This document shows positions 52,139 through 64,000 of a stretch of 64,000 nucleotides of DNA, one piece after another. Location: assembly GCF_006345805.1 (NCBI RefSeq), contig NC_042997.1, positions 72,106,001 through 72,170,000 of the forward strand, written 5' to 3'. Numbering within the stretch: the stretch's first letter is position 1; every line of letters begins with the position of its first letter. The stretch is from Octopus sinensis. Its lineage: Eukaryota. A program made the translations under genes and the position numbers. Below the pieces are notes generated by a model, which was not told the origin of the DNA, made no database searches, and saw only the letters and a program-made list of their open reading frames with translations.

Positions 52139-52194
52139 GTCTCCGATGACGGAATATCCCATACTCTGCAATATCCCAGAAACAGTTGTAAGAC
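52139..52194 (+). ncRNA. type I hammerhead ribozyme motif, U4C variant
   Basis: stem I GTCT/AGAC; CCGATGA; imperfect stem II ggaatat/atatccc; GAAA; near-palindromic stem III ACAGTTGT; triplet GTA. Confidence 0.6.
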
Positions 52195-52401
52195 TGAATC
52201 TTTTTTCCAATAATAATAATATTGTATATGACTTGAGATGTTTGCCTTGCCTTAACGTTTGTTGTTCTCTTTAACAATTATATAGCCTCTATATCGGAAA
52301 TCTGCAATGGCTCCATAACTTCCGTTTTGGAGCCCTAGTAATCCGTCACAGCACTTACCTGGCGTACCTAGTCATTTAAATCAGCCGTGAACTAAACTCC
52401 C

Positions 52402-52450
<49 letters not shown>

Positions 52451-52570
52451 CAAGATAAGAAAATGGAAAAATACATCTAAATCAAATATCAATTACCAGA
52501 TAATACTCAATCACATACTTTATTAAACCACCACATAAGAGACTGTATGGTTAAACATAGAAAAGCAATT

Positions 52571-52608
<38 letters not shown>

Positions 52609-52725
52609 CATACATATATATACCGGAGTAAACACATAAATGTGAAACAAGGTGGAAAAAAGTGTACTCAAATACCAGAGGTAGAGTAATATGCTTTATT
52701 TAAAAGCAGCAGAATTTAACAAGAG

Positions 52726-52763
52726 CTGTTACTCGGAGTTACACGTTCCCTTTCGTCGGACAG
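52726..52763 (-). ncRNA. hammerhead motif, degenerate copy (GAAA->GTAA)
   Basis: minus strand CTGT CCGACGA AAGGGAACGT GTAA CTCCGAG TA ACAG. Confidence 0.55.
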
Positions 52764-52822
52764 TTTTGATAGTTTTGATAAAGTCTTGATAGAATTGTCA
52801 TCTCGGTTCTATTTTAGCAAAA

Positions 52823-52860
52823 CTGTCCGACGAACGGGAACGTGAAACTCCGAGTAACAG
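52823..52860 (+). ncRNA. minimal type I hammerhead ribozyme motif, U4C variant
   Basis: CTGT|CCGACGA|ACG-GGAA-CGT|GAA|ACT-CCG-AGT|A|ACAG: all three stems close, GNRA loop on stem II. Confidence 0.75.
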
Positions 52861-53143
52861 CTTTTGTTAAATTTCTGCTGCTTTTAAATAAAGTACATAT
52901 ATATATGTACGCGCGAGCGTTGTTAATATGCTAAATGCAGTGAATATCAAAATTATAATTAGAAAGATATCTAGGTTTTAGCCAGACAGTACATATGTAG
53001 TGAAGAAAAGATAACATTAACTCTATGCTTAATAGCATTTCGGCATTTATGGGGGACAACTCCAGATGTCTGCTCGACCGAAGTGACTTGGGGTTAAGCG
53101 ACAACACTATCGGTAAGCATTATCTCAATTTATATGTGTATGT

Positions 53144-53174
<31 letters not shown>

Positions 53175-53329
53175 TACATTCTCTTATCCTTTTAATCTTT
53201 TATACGTTTCAGCCATTCGGCTACAATCGTGTGGTAACTGAATTTGTATCTTTTGTATAGCTCCATTCTGTGGTTGGTTTCTCCCAGGTGGTGGGATCTC
53301 ATATCACCGCCCTTGTTTGGATTTTCTCC

Positions 53330-54410
53330 TTGATTGTTGATTCATTTGGTGCATAAGGGAATTTAACAGTGATGTCCTTCGTCTGCACATCATACCGGAC
53401 GTTGCCACTTTTAGTATCATGGATAGTAAAATGCCCAACTTCTGTTTGAAAGCATCTACATCCACATGATGTAGGTTTCCTAATGGTTTTGTAGAGTATT
53501 GAAGGGCTGCAGGCCTTTAAATCTTAATCTACTGCAGTATCTTGTTCTCACATTAGATGGAGCGGGCGGTATCTTTGGTGTTATGCGGCGGTTTCCAATA
53601 AGGGCTTTTGTTTAACACTGTTGATGCCGAGGTTAGATGCAAGCTCTTCCAGGATATTCCACATGTAATTTAATACAAATCTCTCGCATCTTCGCTCCAG
53701 GGAGTAAAGTGGTAGCTTTTTCATCCTCTCACAGCAGTTCATCTGCTGCACTGCAACAATCTTTTGTCAGTGTAGCAGCGATGGATTTCCTCAATCTCTA
53801 TTGTTAGTTTTATACTATCTAAGAGCAATAGTCCAAGTGGCTAAGAACAAAGGTCTTCCACAGGATCAACATGGCTTCTTGATCTCTTGTTCTGATGGCC
53901 CTTAGCATCCTTCATGCCAATCGTCTACACTTTGTTGTCATCTTGATAATGTGTGCATGAAATGATGCATTATAGCACATATTGATTCCCAAGCCCCTCA
54001 ATGTCTTTGACCGTGGGATAGCAATACCTTTTGGTTCTGTATATTGAGATTGTGGTGCATTTGTGAGTTGATAGCGGAGTGCTTGCAATTTTCCAGCATT
54101 AAATTACATGCTGTTTTCTTCAACCCGTTTCGTATCATCGGTGTAGCTAGTAACAGTGGTTCTCTGAGTGACCGTGGGCATGACTAAGACAGCTACTATA
54201 AACACTAATGATCCCAACACAGTTCCTTGGGCTACTTCTCACAGAATTTGTGTTTTCTTAGGAAAAGCACCTTTGGCTACCGCTGTATGACTTCTATCTT
54301 TTAGGATGTCATATAACCACACTCCTCTACCAGCTATACCAACATTTCGCTGCTTGCGAATATAACGCCCACAATCAGAATTGTCGAAGGCCTTCGAAAA
54401 GTCAAGATAT
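53330..54410 (-). mobile_element. CR1-group (CR1/L2/Crack-like) LINE RT 3' part, degraded
   Basis: YLDFSKAFD; GVAQGTVLGSLVF; SLERRCERFVLNYMWNILEE..NLGI. Confidence 0.78.
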
Positions 54411-54909
54411 GACAAACATGCATACACACACATATACACACATACACGTGCACGGACGGACACACACATATACGTATAAATATAGATATAGATATAGATA
54501 TAAATGCAGATTTACACACAATGATATAATGTGAGCGAAATCATAGTAACAGAGCAAAAGTATTTATTATATGTTAGTTTTAAATAAGAACGTGTTTGTA
54601 TATGCTTCCCACGGATATCTTCCTAGTATTCGCATTCTCACGCCACATAACCAGCATGTGGAATAGTCATAATAAACTATCTGTCCAACAATCAATCCAT
54701 ACACATTCATATATGTATATCTGTACGTATGTATGTATGTATGTACGTATGTATGTATGTATGTATGTATGTATGTATGTATGTATGTATGTATGTATGT
54801 ATGTATGTATGCGTGACAAGACAGAGACAAGCAGAGAAAGGACCGAAATGCGAAGAAAGGAAAAATAAGGTGTGCGCACGCGTGTGTGTGTGCGTGAGTG
54901 CGTGCGTGC

Positions 54910-54991
<82 letters not shown>

Positions 54992-55272
54992 TGTACAAGA
55001 ATTTATGTATGGTTTCAGTGGACAGTTGCGAAAACATACAAAGTACACTATCAAAATATAAATTTCATTTAATATATTAACAATTCACCCTAAAGTTGCT
55101 ACATAAACGTATTTGTTTTTTGTTCTGGATTTTATACAAGTCCCTTAAAGGAAGCTTTTTGTTATATAAGTACGGTGGTTTTCTTATACATTTCATAACT
55201 CTGTATTACGATATTTCCTTTTCTGTCCTTACCACACACACACACACACACGTGCATACATATGAGTAAATG

Positions 55273-55364
<92 letters not shown>

Positions 55365-55813
55365 CATGTGTGGGTATGTATATGCGTATATGCGTGAGTA
55401 TTTCCTTGTTTGTTGGTTTGTCATATATTTTAAGAATATAGTTCTCTTGAAAACTATTAGAGAAAATGATACAACTTCTGTTTGTAATTACGGTATGGAA
55501 AATTGCTGTTCTCATCATGGAGTATATATATGTACGTATCTATGTGTTTAGGTACGCGTGCCTGTGTTCATGTGTACGTGTACATGTGTGTGTTTGTGTG
55601 TCTGTGTATGAATGTGTGTGTATGAGCATGTGTGTGTGTATGTGTGAATGTGTGTGTTCGCGCGTTAGTGTGTTGGTGTGCATATGTCTGTGGGAGTGAA
55701 TACTTTTTGGTTTTCAATTACAAACATTTCGTAAAACGATGAGGCTTTATTCAAAAGAGGGAGTAGATATAAGTCCTAGGGGAGATTTAAATTAAAATGA
55801 GATGTTATTCGAA

Positions 55814-55856
<43 letters not shown>

Positions 55857-55866
55857 TAATAATAAT

Positions 55867-55897
<31 letters not shown>

Positions 55898-55904
55898 CAA
55901 CAAC

Positions 55905-56088
55905 AACAAGAATAACGTTTCTCTAAAAGAAATGGAGAAAGTTTCAAAATAGAAAGATCTGGAAATAGAGGTAACTCGAATGTGGAGTCTAAAAACAGAA
56001 ACAATTCCTATCATAGTAGACGCATTAGGTATGATAAAATATATTCAGACAAATACATAACCAAAACACCAGGACTAACCAGTCCTTA
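55905..56088 (+). mobile_element. R4/Dong 3' fragment following (TAA)n
   Basis: NVSLKEMEKVSK*KDLEIEVTRMWSLKTETIPIIVDALGMIK. Confidence 0.8.
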
Positions 56089-56089
56089 A

Positions 56090-56400
56090 TCAACTTCAAG
56101 TTTCACTTGAAAAGGAAGATAAGGGTAGAGAGGGAAGTGTTGTCTTTTAGCAAATTTGCTGAAAGGTGGATGAGAGTGTCGAGAATTGTGCGAGTGATCG
56201 GGCCTACCCTGAGCATACACCTATAGTTGGAAAAAAGGAAAGAAAAAAGGCAACTGCCCCAAAAGTCAAGGTACCCATGGCTTTTATTTTATGGGTTTTC
56301 TCCGTGAGCAGTCCTCGAACGTCTCCTCCCTATTGAGGATTACACATTGTTGATTTTATTTATTTTTATATAATTTTGTTAGTCTTGTTTACACACAAAA
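56090..56400 (+). mobile_element. L1/Tx1 3' end
   Basis: FKFHLKRKIRVEREVLSFSKFAERWMRVSRIVRV; 3'UTR matches 60060-60200 reverse complement. Confidence 0.8.
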
Positions 56401-56471
56401 CCATCACAACACACACTCACACACATTCTTTGTTTTGTAATGTACTGTACATCTTTTTCTTGTGGTTAATA

Positions 56472-56607
<136 letters not shown>

Positions 56608-56610
56608 CAT

Positions 56611-56966
56611 TATTCAGTAGCTTTATTTTTTTAGCGTGCTTTCACTTCACTACCGAGCGCAGCTCTGTGTGCCTTAGGTATGTGCTGTGATTTGTTGTGA
56701 TGCTCTGATGGTTATTGTATGGAAAGTGTTCTGCGTAGGATGTGTGCAGTGCCTAGTAGTGCAATTTTCTGTATGTTATATGTGTTTGTAAGTCCTGGTG
56801 TTTTTGTTATGTATTTGTCTGAATATTTTTTTATCATGCCTAATGCACCTACTATGATAGGAATTGTTTCTGTTTTTAGATTCCACATTCTGGTTACCTC
56901 TATTTCCAGGTCTTTGTATTTTGAAAGTTTCTCCATTTCTTTTAGAGACACGTTGTCATCTGCCGG

Positions 56967-56967
<1 letters not shown>
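56611..56967 (-). mobile_element. R4/Dong 3' fragment embedded in (TAA)n on both sides
   Basis: PADDNVSLKEMEKLSKYKDLEIEVTRMW..IALLGTAHILRRTLS; (TTA)n 56478-56610 and ~56968-57030. Confidence 0.9.
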
Positions 56968-57030
<63 letters not shown>

Positions 57031-57034
57031 TCAT

Positions 57035-58290
57035 TTATTAGCCATAGGGGCCGACATATCGGGGACGATACAGTAGACATGGGCAGTGGAGATTTTACTC
57101 AGAAACAACGAGGACACAATTAAAAGAATAACAATGATATCCAACAAAAGAATACAACAATGAAATTTCCCCAATAGTGGTGAGGTAATCATCTGGGGTT
57201 GGGTCATGTACCCCACCAACCCTGAACCACTTGACGCTTTGAGAGCACCTGAGAAGAGTACCCTTCTCCCTCTCAAATTCACTAGCCTACAGGCGCATTT
57301 TTAGAGTGGGTCCACTCACACGGGCCATTTTCGCTACATTCACCCACCTTTTAACAAATGTACTGGGAGGCAGCCCTTCTCTCCCCACCCTCATTTTCCT
57401 TTCCAAATGAAATTCGAAAAAGTTGATGACTGATTGGCCGAAGAGAAAAGTGTCTGTCTTCAGTCCTTTCAAGCTGGTTCACCATACAACCTCTTTCGCT
57501 ACTGCTATCAGACAAAGGAATATTGCCTGCACTTCCGAACCGATGGAAGGCAGCGGATCGATCTTCACTATGGACTCGGCCGACAGTCGGATTCGTCCTA
57601 CACGTAATAACAGCTGTTCAACATGACTCCACAAGTCAGTAATGCAAGGACACTGGACGACTGCGTGCAGAGCGGTTTCGTTGCTCTGCGCGCATCTCGG
57701 GCAGATCTGTCTGACAGAACCTCCGTGTCTGTAGAATTTACTTCGAACCGGCAGTGCCCCCCCCCCCCCAGTAGCACTGCCAAGCTAGGGATTTCTGGAA
57801 GTTGTCCATCGTCGTTGGCTCGAAAGTCCTCCTGAACAGACTGGATAGCTCGATTTTGTCAACGCCTAGCGCCTCTCCAGGTGCGTCATCGCTCTTTCCC
57901 TCCACCAACCCTCTATAGAACTCAAGAATGGATGTTCCACTGATCGCATTGCCCGCCATGTAGAGGGAAGGGAATGCCTGGCAACATTCCAGATGCCAGT
58001 CACCCTTCCTCGGCCTCTTCTTGACCCAGGACTACAGCTCAGTCAAGGAGACGAGCTGTAGAAAAGCCGGTTTGACAAATGTTGAACACACCTGTTCACC
58101 ATTTAGGTAGAATATCTGAAGATGCCGTAGCATCAGCACATGTCTGCGCATCATTAGTCACGGCATGCCCAGCCCTCCGCGTAGAGGGGGCTGGCAGCAG
58201 ATGGACCGCCTCATCAATTGAACCTATCCTCTCCACAGGAATTTGAAGAGGAGGTGTTCTAACTTGGGTCAAGCGGTAGCAGATATATAG
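57035..58290 (-). mobile_element. L1/Tx1 ORF2 3' part + 3'UTR
   Basis: EFYRGLVEGKSDDAPGEALG..MDNFQKSLAWQCY; FFEFHLERKMRVGREGL..RWVNVAKM. Confidence 0.85.
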
Positions 58291-58299
58291 GTAAAGTCA

Positions 58300-59900
58300 A
58301 GTTCAATTGGTAAAGTCAAGTTCAATCGAATTAGATGTCGAAACAGTAATAAAGGAACATGAGCAGGAACAAACCTATAAATACCTAGGAATAAATGAAG
58401 GCTCTGGTATCCAGCATGCAAGCAGGAAAGAGAAGGTTAGGAAGGAATGTTATAGAAGAGTTCGAGCAGTCCTGAAGTCTGAACTGAATGCATATAATAA
58501 GGTGTTAGCCATAAATTCCTTAGTAGTACCAGTTATTCTTTACAGCTTCAATGTGCTTAACTGGAATACTAATGAAATAATGAAAATTGATAGAAAAATC
58601 CGCAAGCTACTGACTTGTAATAAGATGCACCATCCAAAGGCAGACGTGGGTCGTCTTTACCTTCCCAGAGTTCATGGAGGTCGAGGCTTGATCCAACTTG
58701 AACTTACGTACAAAACTACCACAATCGGACTGGCCAAATACCATGCAATAACCAACGATTGGATGCTAAAAGTTGTTGAAAAACATGAAAGACCGAAAAA
58801 ACTTCACTCTCTTCTGAAAGAGAGCAAGAAATTCGCTACTGATCTCTTAGATACCTACCAGATTGATCAGGTTGAAGGAAGGAAATGCACCAACTGCTGT
58901 TGTAAAGAAAATAAAATTAATTGCAAAGAAAAAAGCACATGAAAAATTAGCTAGCAGATGGAAACAGAAACCTCTGTATGGCAAGTATGTGGCCCGTAGC
59001 AAACAAGCTGATGTCGACCAGAAACACACGAATCAATGGTTACGAAGCTCAGGGCTAAAAGCAGAGAGTGAAGGTTTCATATTGGCTGCTCAAGACCAAA
59101 GCTTATTAACCCGGAGCTACCAAGCCAATATGATAAAATATGGAGCTGATCCAAAATGCTGATTCTGTAACGATTAAATTGAAATAATAGACCACGTAAT
59201 CTCAGGATGTAGAGTCTTAGCACCTGTAGAATATAAAACAATACATGACAGAGTCGGCCAGTATTTACACTGGACAATATGTCAGCATTATAAAATCAAA
59301 ACCACTGGCAAATGGTATAAACACCATCCTGAAGCTGTGACTGAGGGAGAAAATGTGTCGATTCTCTGGGACTTCGCTGTACATACCAACAAAACTATAA
59401 AAGCTAACAAACCGGATATTATTATAAAAGCTCAGACAAAAAAGGTGTGTTTATTCATTGACATGAGTATTCCTTTCAATCACAATATAGCAGTGAAAGA
59501 ATTTGACAAGATCAGTAAATATAAAGACTTGATAAAAGAAATTGAAAAAATATGGCATCTCAAGGCGACTACAGTACCAGTGATTGTAGGATCCCTAGGA
59601 ACGATAAAAAAAAAAGGTACTGAAACCTATTTGAAAATGATACCCGGCTTACCATCCCTACAGGAAGTGCAAAAAATCATGTTATCTGGAACGACTCATG
59701 TACTGAGAAGAGCATTATCGCTGTGAAAACAATATCCATTCATGAAATTATTTATTTATTAACTTTTTAAATACATATTTTACCTGTGAATTTGCGTGTG
59801 TAATCTGCGAATGCATACAATGAGCTTCTCTGTCCTAGGTGTACGGAAAACACTCGACGAGAAACGGAAGAAAATTTGAAGAAAGAAGGAAAAAATGATA
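58300..59900 (+). mobile_element. R4/Dong-type RLE retrotransposon, 5'-truncated
   Basis: YKYLGINE..HHPKADVGRLYLPRVHGGRGL; LYGKY..EGFILAAQDQSL; KPDIII..FIDMSIP; followed by (TAA)n ~59900-59966. Confidence 0.92.
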
Positions 59901-59902
59901 AA

Positions 59903-59948
<46 letters not shown>

Positions 59949-59999
59949 TAATAATAATAATAATAATTTCTTTATCAACCAAAAGGGCTTACATTAAGA

Positions 60000-60500
60000 A
60001 AAACATTATGCACAGTACAGGACAAAACAAAGAATGTGTGCGTGTATGCCTGTGAGTGTGAGTTGTGAGGGTTTTACGTGTAAACAAGACTGACAAAATT
60101 TTAAAAAAACAATGGGTGATCCTCAATAGGGAGGAGACTTCGAGGGCTACTCATGGAAAACTCCCATAAAAAACTATGGGTACCCTGACATTTCGGGAAG
60201 GTGCCTTTTCTCCTTTCCTTTTTTCTTATTACAGGCGTGTGTTCAGGGAGGCCCGTTCACTCGCACAATTCTCGCCACTTTCATCCACCTTTCAGCAGAC
60301 TGGCTAGAAGACAACACTTCCCTCTCTACCCTAATTTTCCTTTTCAAGTGAAACTTGAAGAAGTTGATCAGGGTTTGGCCAAAGAGAAAAGTGTTTGTCT
60401 TCAACCCCTTCAATCTTGTCCACCATACAACCCCTTTCACCTTGGCCACCAGGCATATAAACACTACCTTTCCATCGCAGTTAATTTCTTCATTTGCCAC
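60000..60500 (-). mobile_element. L1/Tx1 3' fragment
   Basis: VAKVKGVVWWTRLKGL..FFKFHLKRKIRVERE. Confidence 0.82.
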
Positions 60501-61539
60501 AAGGTTTCAAGGAGATATAGAAAAATGCAAACAGTTAACCAGGTTAATACAAAGACGGATAAGTTATAGAAAGCCGCTGGGGGGGAAGTACATTATAGAA
60601 TGCGTAAATGTACGAATTAAAATTACGAAACACAAAATTTGTTCAGTATAAATAAAACCCATTAAACAGGCTCTGCTTATTACAGTCCCTATTCTACGCA
60701 TGACATTTTCAATTCAATAGCGTGACACAGACAGTACTTTATATAATCAGCACCCAATAAAAAAAAATCACAGCTCATAACTATTTGGCTAACACCTAAT
60801 AAAATATGCTACACAACAAGGAAATCTCTTAGTTCCTATTTTTTAGCAAGTCGTTCGACATGCTACAAATAGGAACGAAAGCATACTAATGTAGTCCTTG
60901 ATAACCATAAAAAGATAGGCAGGTCACAGTTGGGGCGTCTTTAATAAGAGTATACTCGGTCAGTCTAATGCAGAGTTACAAATCATACAACGATAACAAC
61001 AACGAACAGAAACTACAGGCAAGGTATTTCATTGCTAAAAGAAACCTGGACGGCAATTCGGTTAGAAAATTTCAAATCTAATGTATACCCACACACACAT
61101 AAACAAATACAAACAAACCCACCTTTCTTCTTTTCTCCCTCTCTTTCTCTCTCTCTCTCTTTCTCTCTCTCCCTCTTTCTCTCTCTCTCTCTCTCTCACT
61201 CTCTCTCTCTCTCTCTCTCTCCTCACACACATACACGCGCTCGCGCATATGTATAAAGGTCTAACATTTCAGTAGAGTGGAAAATGCATTCTTCAAGATG
61301 TATATGGCTGTTAGCTTGCAGTCCTACATACGACCGCAGTTGTTTAACATAACTTAGAAATGTTTCAGATACAGATGAACATATGGATATCAGTTCCATT
61401 GTTTCGCATGCATTCCAAATAAGATGTTTTAGGAAGGAGTCCATAATCCAGAATATACTGCTATTTTTGCCAACCCCTAACCCTCTCTACTAACATTCAT
61501 TCTCTCTGCAACTCTTGAGACAACTACTAAACTCCTCTT

Positions 61540-62060
61540 TAGAATGCAAGAGTTCGTAACACCATTCCAGGTGTTAGACGTCTAGTCTTGGTCCACGATT
61601 GGCACAAGATTTGAGAAGACATACCTAACAAAAGACAAACGCAATTACGACTCTCGTTCTGGGGATCTCTGTATTTGTCACTACTTCGGGGCATAATCAG
61701 GTATGTTATCCTGAGTTCTTCATACACATGATACTGACTGCTTAGAGATGTTTTGATCGGAAAATCTAAATATTCCATAAGATGCGAAAGAACAAGCTCT
61801 CCAACATGTCCAGATGTAGGCTGGTCAAAGTAGGAATGACAGGTGGAAATATATCACCGAGTCTTTTGCCACCCGATCTTATGGAATAAATTCACTAAAG
61901 TCCATTTGTGGGGAAGACTAGCCACCCTGATCGTTCCGGTTTGTATACAACTGGAGATTTGATTCGAGCCAAACCCCAAATATCTTGGATATACTTCTCC
62001 ATGTGATGAGTTGAAACTTAGCATCTAGTACATGCGTGCTTCAGTTATCACATCATATTC
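61540..62060 (-). mobile_element. heavily degraded LINE fragment (clade uncertain)
   Basis: YPRYLG-like RT thumb motif on minus strand near 61990. Confidence 0.3.
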
Positions 62061-62539
62061 TTTCAATATGCTTCCGACCGACACTTTCCATTATATCCAA
62101 AACAATCTAAATAATCTTAATACCCAAAACTTATGAAAAAACAAACCAATATCCTACAAACCTACAGTGCATAAAACTTGAGCTTCAATAATATCAAAGA
62201 CAACGAATATTCATCTGAAAAACAAGCCCCATCCCTTCCCGAAGGACACAATGGCGCTGTTGTAAATACTCCCATGATATTGAAGGTAAGTTATTTATCG
62301 ACAAAGTCACAGAGATTGTAAAATCATAAGTTTTGGAAATGTTTGGTATTAGCAAGATAGCCAGTACATGAAATATATTATGAATACACAGAAAACAATT
62401 TTGAAGCTATAGACACTCATATAAAAATCTGAATGTTCTGAAGGTTTTCATCTCTACAATCTTTTTCTATATTGCTCTAACTGTTTTCAAACATCCAAAA
62501 CTAGAGTAGACTTGCATACAAAAATAAGAATAAATGAAT

Positions 62540-63150
62540 AATTACGCATATGTTTTATATTAATGATCTTGAGTTGTATGCTGCAGATGACAAGCAATTG
62601 AAATGCCTTTACGGAGAATAGACGATTTCCGTAAAGTTAGAGAAATGCAGCAAAGCAACCTCAACGGTAAGCAAATTAATAAAAACCATTACCATTATGT
62701 TAAACACGGAAGCAAAAACAAGTGAGTGAGACCAAATGCAGAAATATATAGAATTAATGAATTGTATACTGTAAAGAGACACGAACACACCCATATAAAC
62801 GAGAAAAGAAGGTTTTAAAAAATGATAAAAAGGTACATTAGATTAATACTTAGAATAAAGCTAAATCTCAAAAACAAAATTAGGTGATACGTATCAATAT
62901 TCTACCTGTTCCATCATATTCTTTAAGTGCAAGTTATAAAACTTAGCAAGAGTAGACAGGAAGATAGAATAAAAATAACTGCATTTAGAATATACTAGTT
63001 GAATACCGATACAAAAATAATAGATTAACCACGAATATGGACACGTGTTTCCTGCAACTAGAAAAGTATCATAAAATATATACGAATATATCCAGTAAAG
63101 AAAAGGAAACTAATACAAATAGATACAAAATGCAAAAAAAAAAAGGTAAA
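62540..63150 (+). mobile_element. heavily degraded R4/Dong RT fragment
   Basis: HMFYINDLELYAADDKQL (HLLYMDDLKLYA). Confidence 0.6.
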
Positions 63151-63724
63151 AAGACATTCTGCATTCTCTGTTCAAGGAATTCAGTTCAGAACAGTTTCAG
63201 TTCCTCCTGTGCCCTCGAGTAGGTAGCAAGTTCATACCACTGGTTTCTATTGGCTGTGGTTTTCTCTGCATCCGGCCATGTGATACTGGCCCCTCACATG
63301 TCAGTTGTGATTGTTCTTTGTTATGTGGTTTTTGGTCTCTTTCTTTTTCTCTCTGGTGGGGTCCATTTCAAAGCTATTTTCGAATGTTGTTGTACTGGTA
63401 GCCAGAGTATGTGAGGTGCTAGCTTAATCTTCATTCTGAGATACTTTTGCTTAGTGGATTGCGACGACAGCAGTGAGAAGAGTAGACAAACAAAAATCAC
63501 TAAAATAAAAAGAAAGAAAACAAACCTAACGACTCAACACGAAATAAGGTTACAGTATATTATGCTACGACATTTGTATGAAAATCCAGCAATTTGTTTG
63601 ACACTTCAACGTTCCTGCAGGTAATTCGCATATATACTTGTATAATAACGAGTTTTACACGAAGGGGTTATGCAAGAGGACAAAAGAAAAACTACTCTCT
63701 CACCACTCTGTGTGTGTGTGTGTA

Positions 63725-63885
63725 TTATCCAGTTAGAAAACAGAGAAATCTAATGGATGTAAATTAATTTACTAATTAATCAACATATTCACCAACAATT
63801 GTTTCATTTCACAAACAAAATTAAAGCTACAAAACACATATAAATATATAATTTTGTAATTTAAATACCTTGTATGGAAAATCAT
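63725..63885 (-). mobile_element. single arm of the 785-1360 element family
   Basis: gttagaaaac.gagaaatctaatggat..caattgtttcatttcaca..ctacaaaac. Confidence 0.8.
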
Positions 63886-64000
63886 ATGGTGTACAAAAGA
63901 AAATAAGGATTACATTAGGATACATTTGGAATACTTAGAGTATATAGACATTTTTATTATGTATGTATGTATACGTGTGTGTACGCATGCGTTAAAATTA

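Larger units (their letters stand above)
52621..52893. mobile_element. head-to-head pair of PLE terminal repeats, each with a hammerhead
   Basis: arms 52694-52768 and 52818-52893 are reverse complements; flanked by TA tracts. Confidence 0.85.

Overview
AT-rich eukaryotic DNA, very likely octopus (inferred from its SINE families and extreme TA/CA/TATG/GATA/TAA microsatellite density). It is essentially a transposon graveyard with no intact protein-coding gene that I can identify; a few short splice-bounded segments might be host exons. Recognisable elements are a Neptune-type Penelope-like element (PLE; RT + GIY-YIG) and several PLE terminal fragments, RTE LINEs (one near full length, one 5'-inverted), seven R4/Dong-type RLE fragments sitting in microsatellites, L1/Tx1 and CR1-group LINEs, Tc1/mariner, pogo-like and hAT DNA transposon relics, and three tRNA-derived SINE families. 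Most long ORFs in the track are translated microsatellites. I found no convincing novel protein system. The most interesting signals are non-coding: (i) several minimal hammerhead-ribozyme motifs in different PLE termini, some with variant cores; (ii) an unassigned stem-loop/pseudoknot showing compensatory base changes between two diverged repeat copies; (iii) a 339-bp inverted, microhomology-flanked copy of nearby DNA inserted into a SINE; (iv) recurrent fold-back palindromes and microsatellite-bounded duplications, some of which could be assembly artefacts. Everything was derived by eye, with no database searches, and boundaries of degraded elements are approximate.
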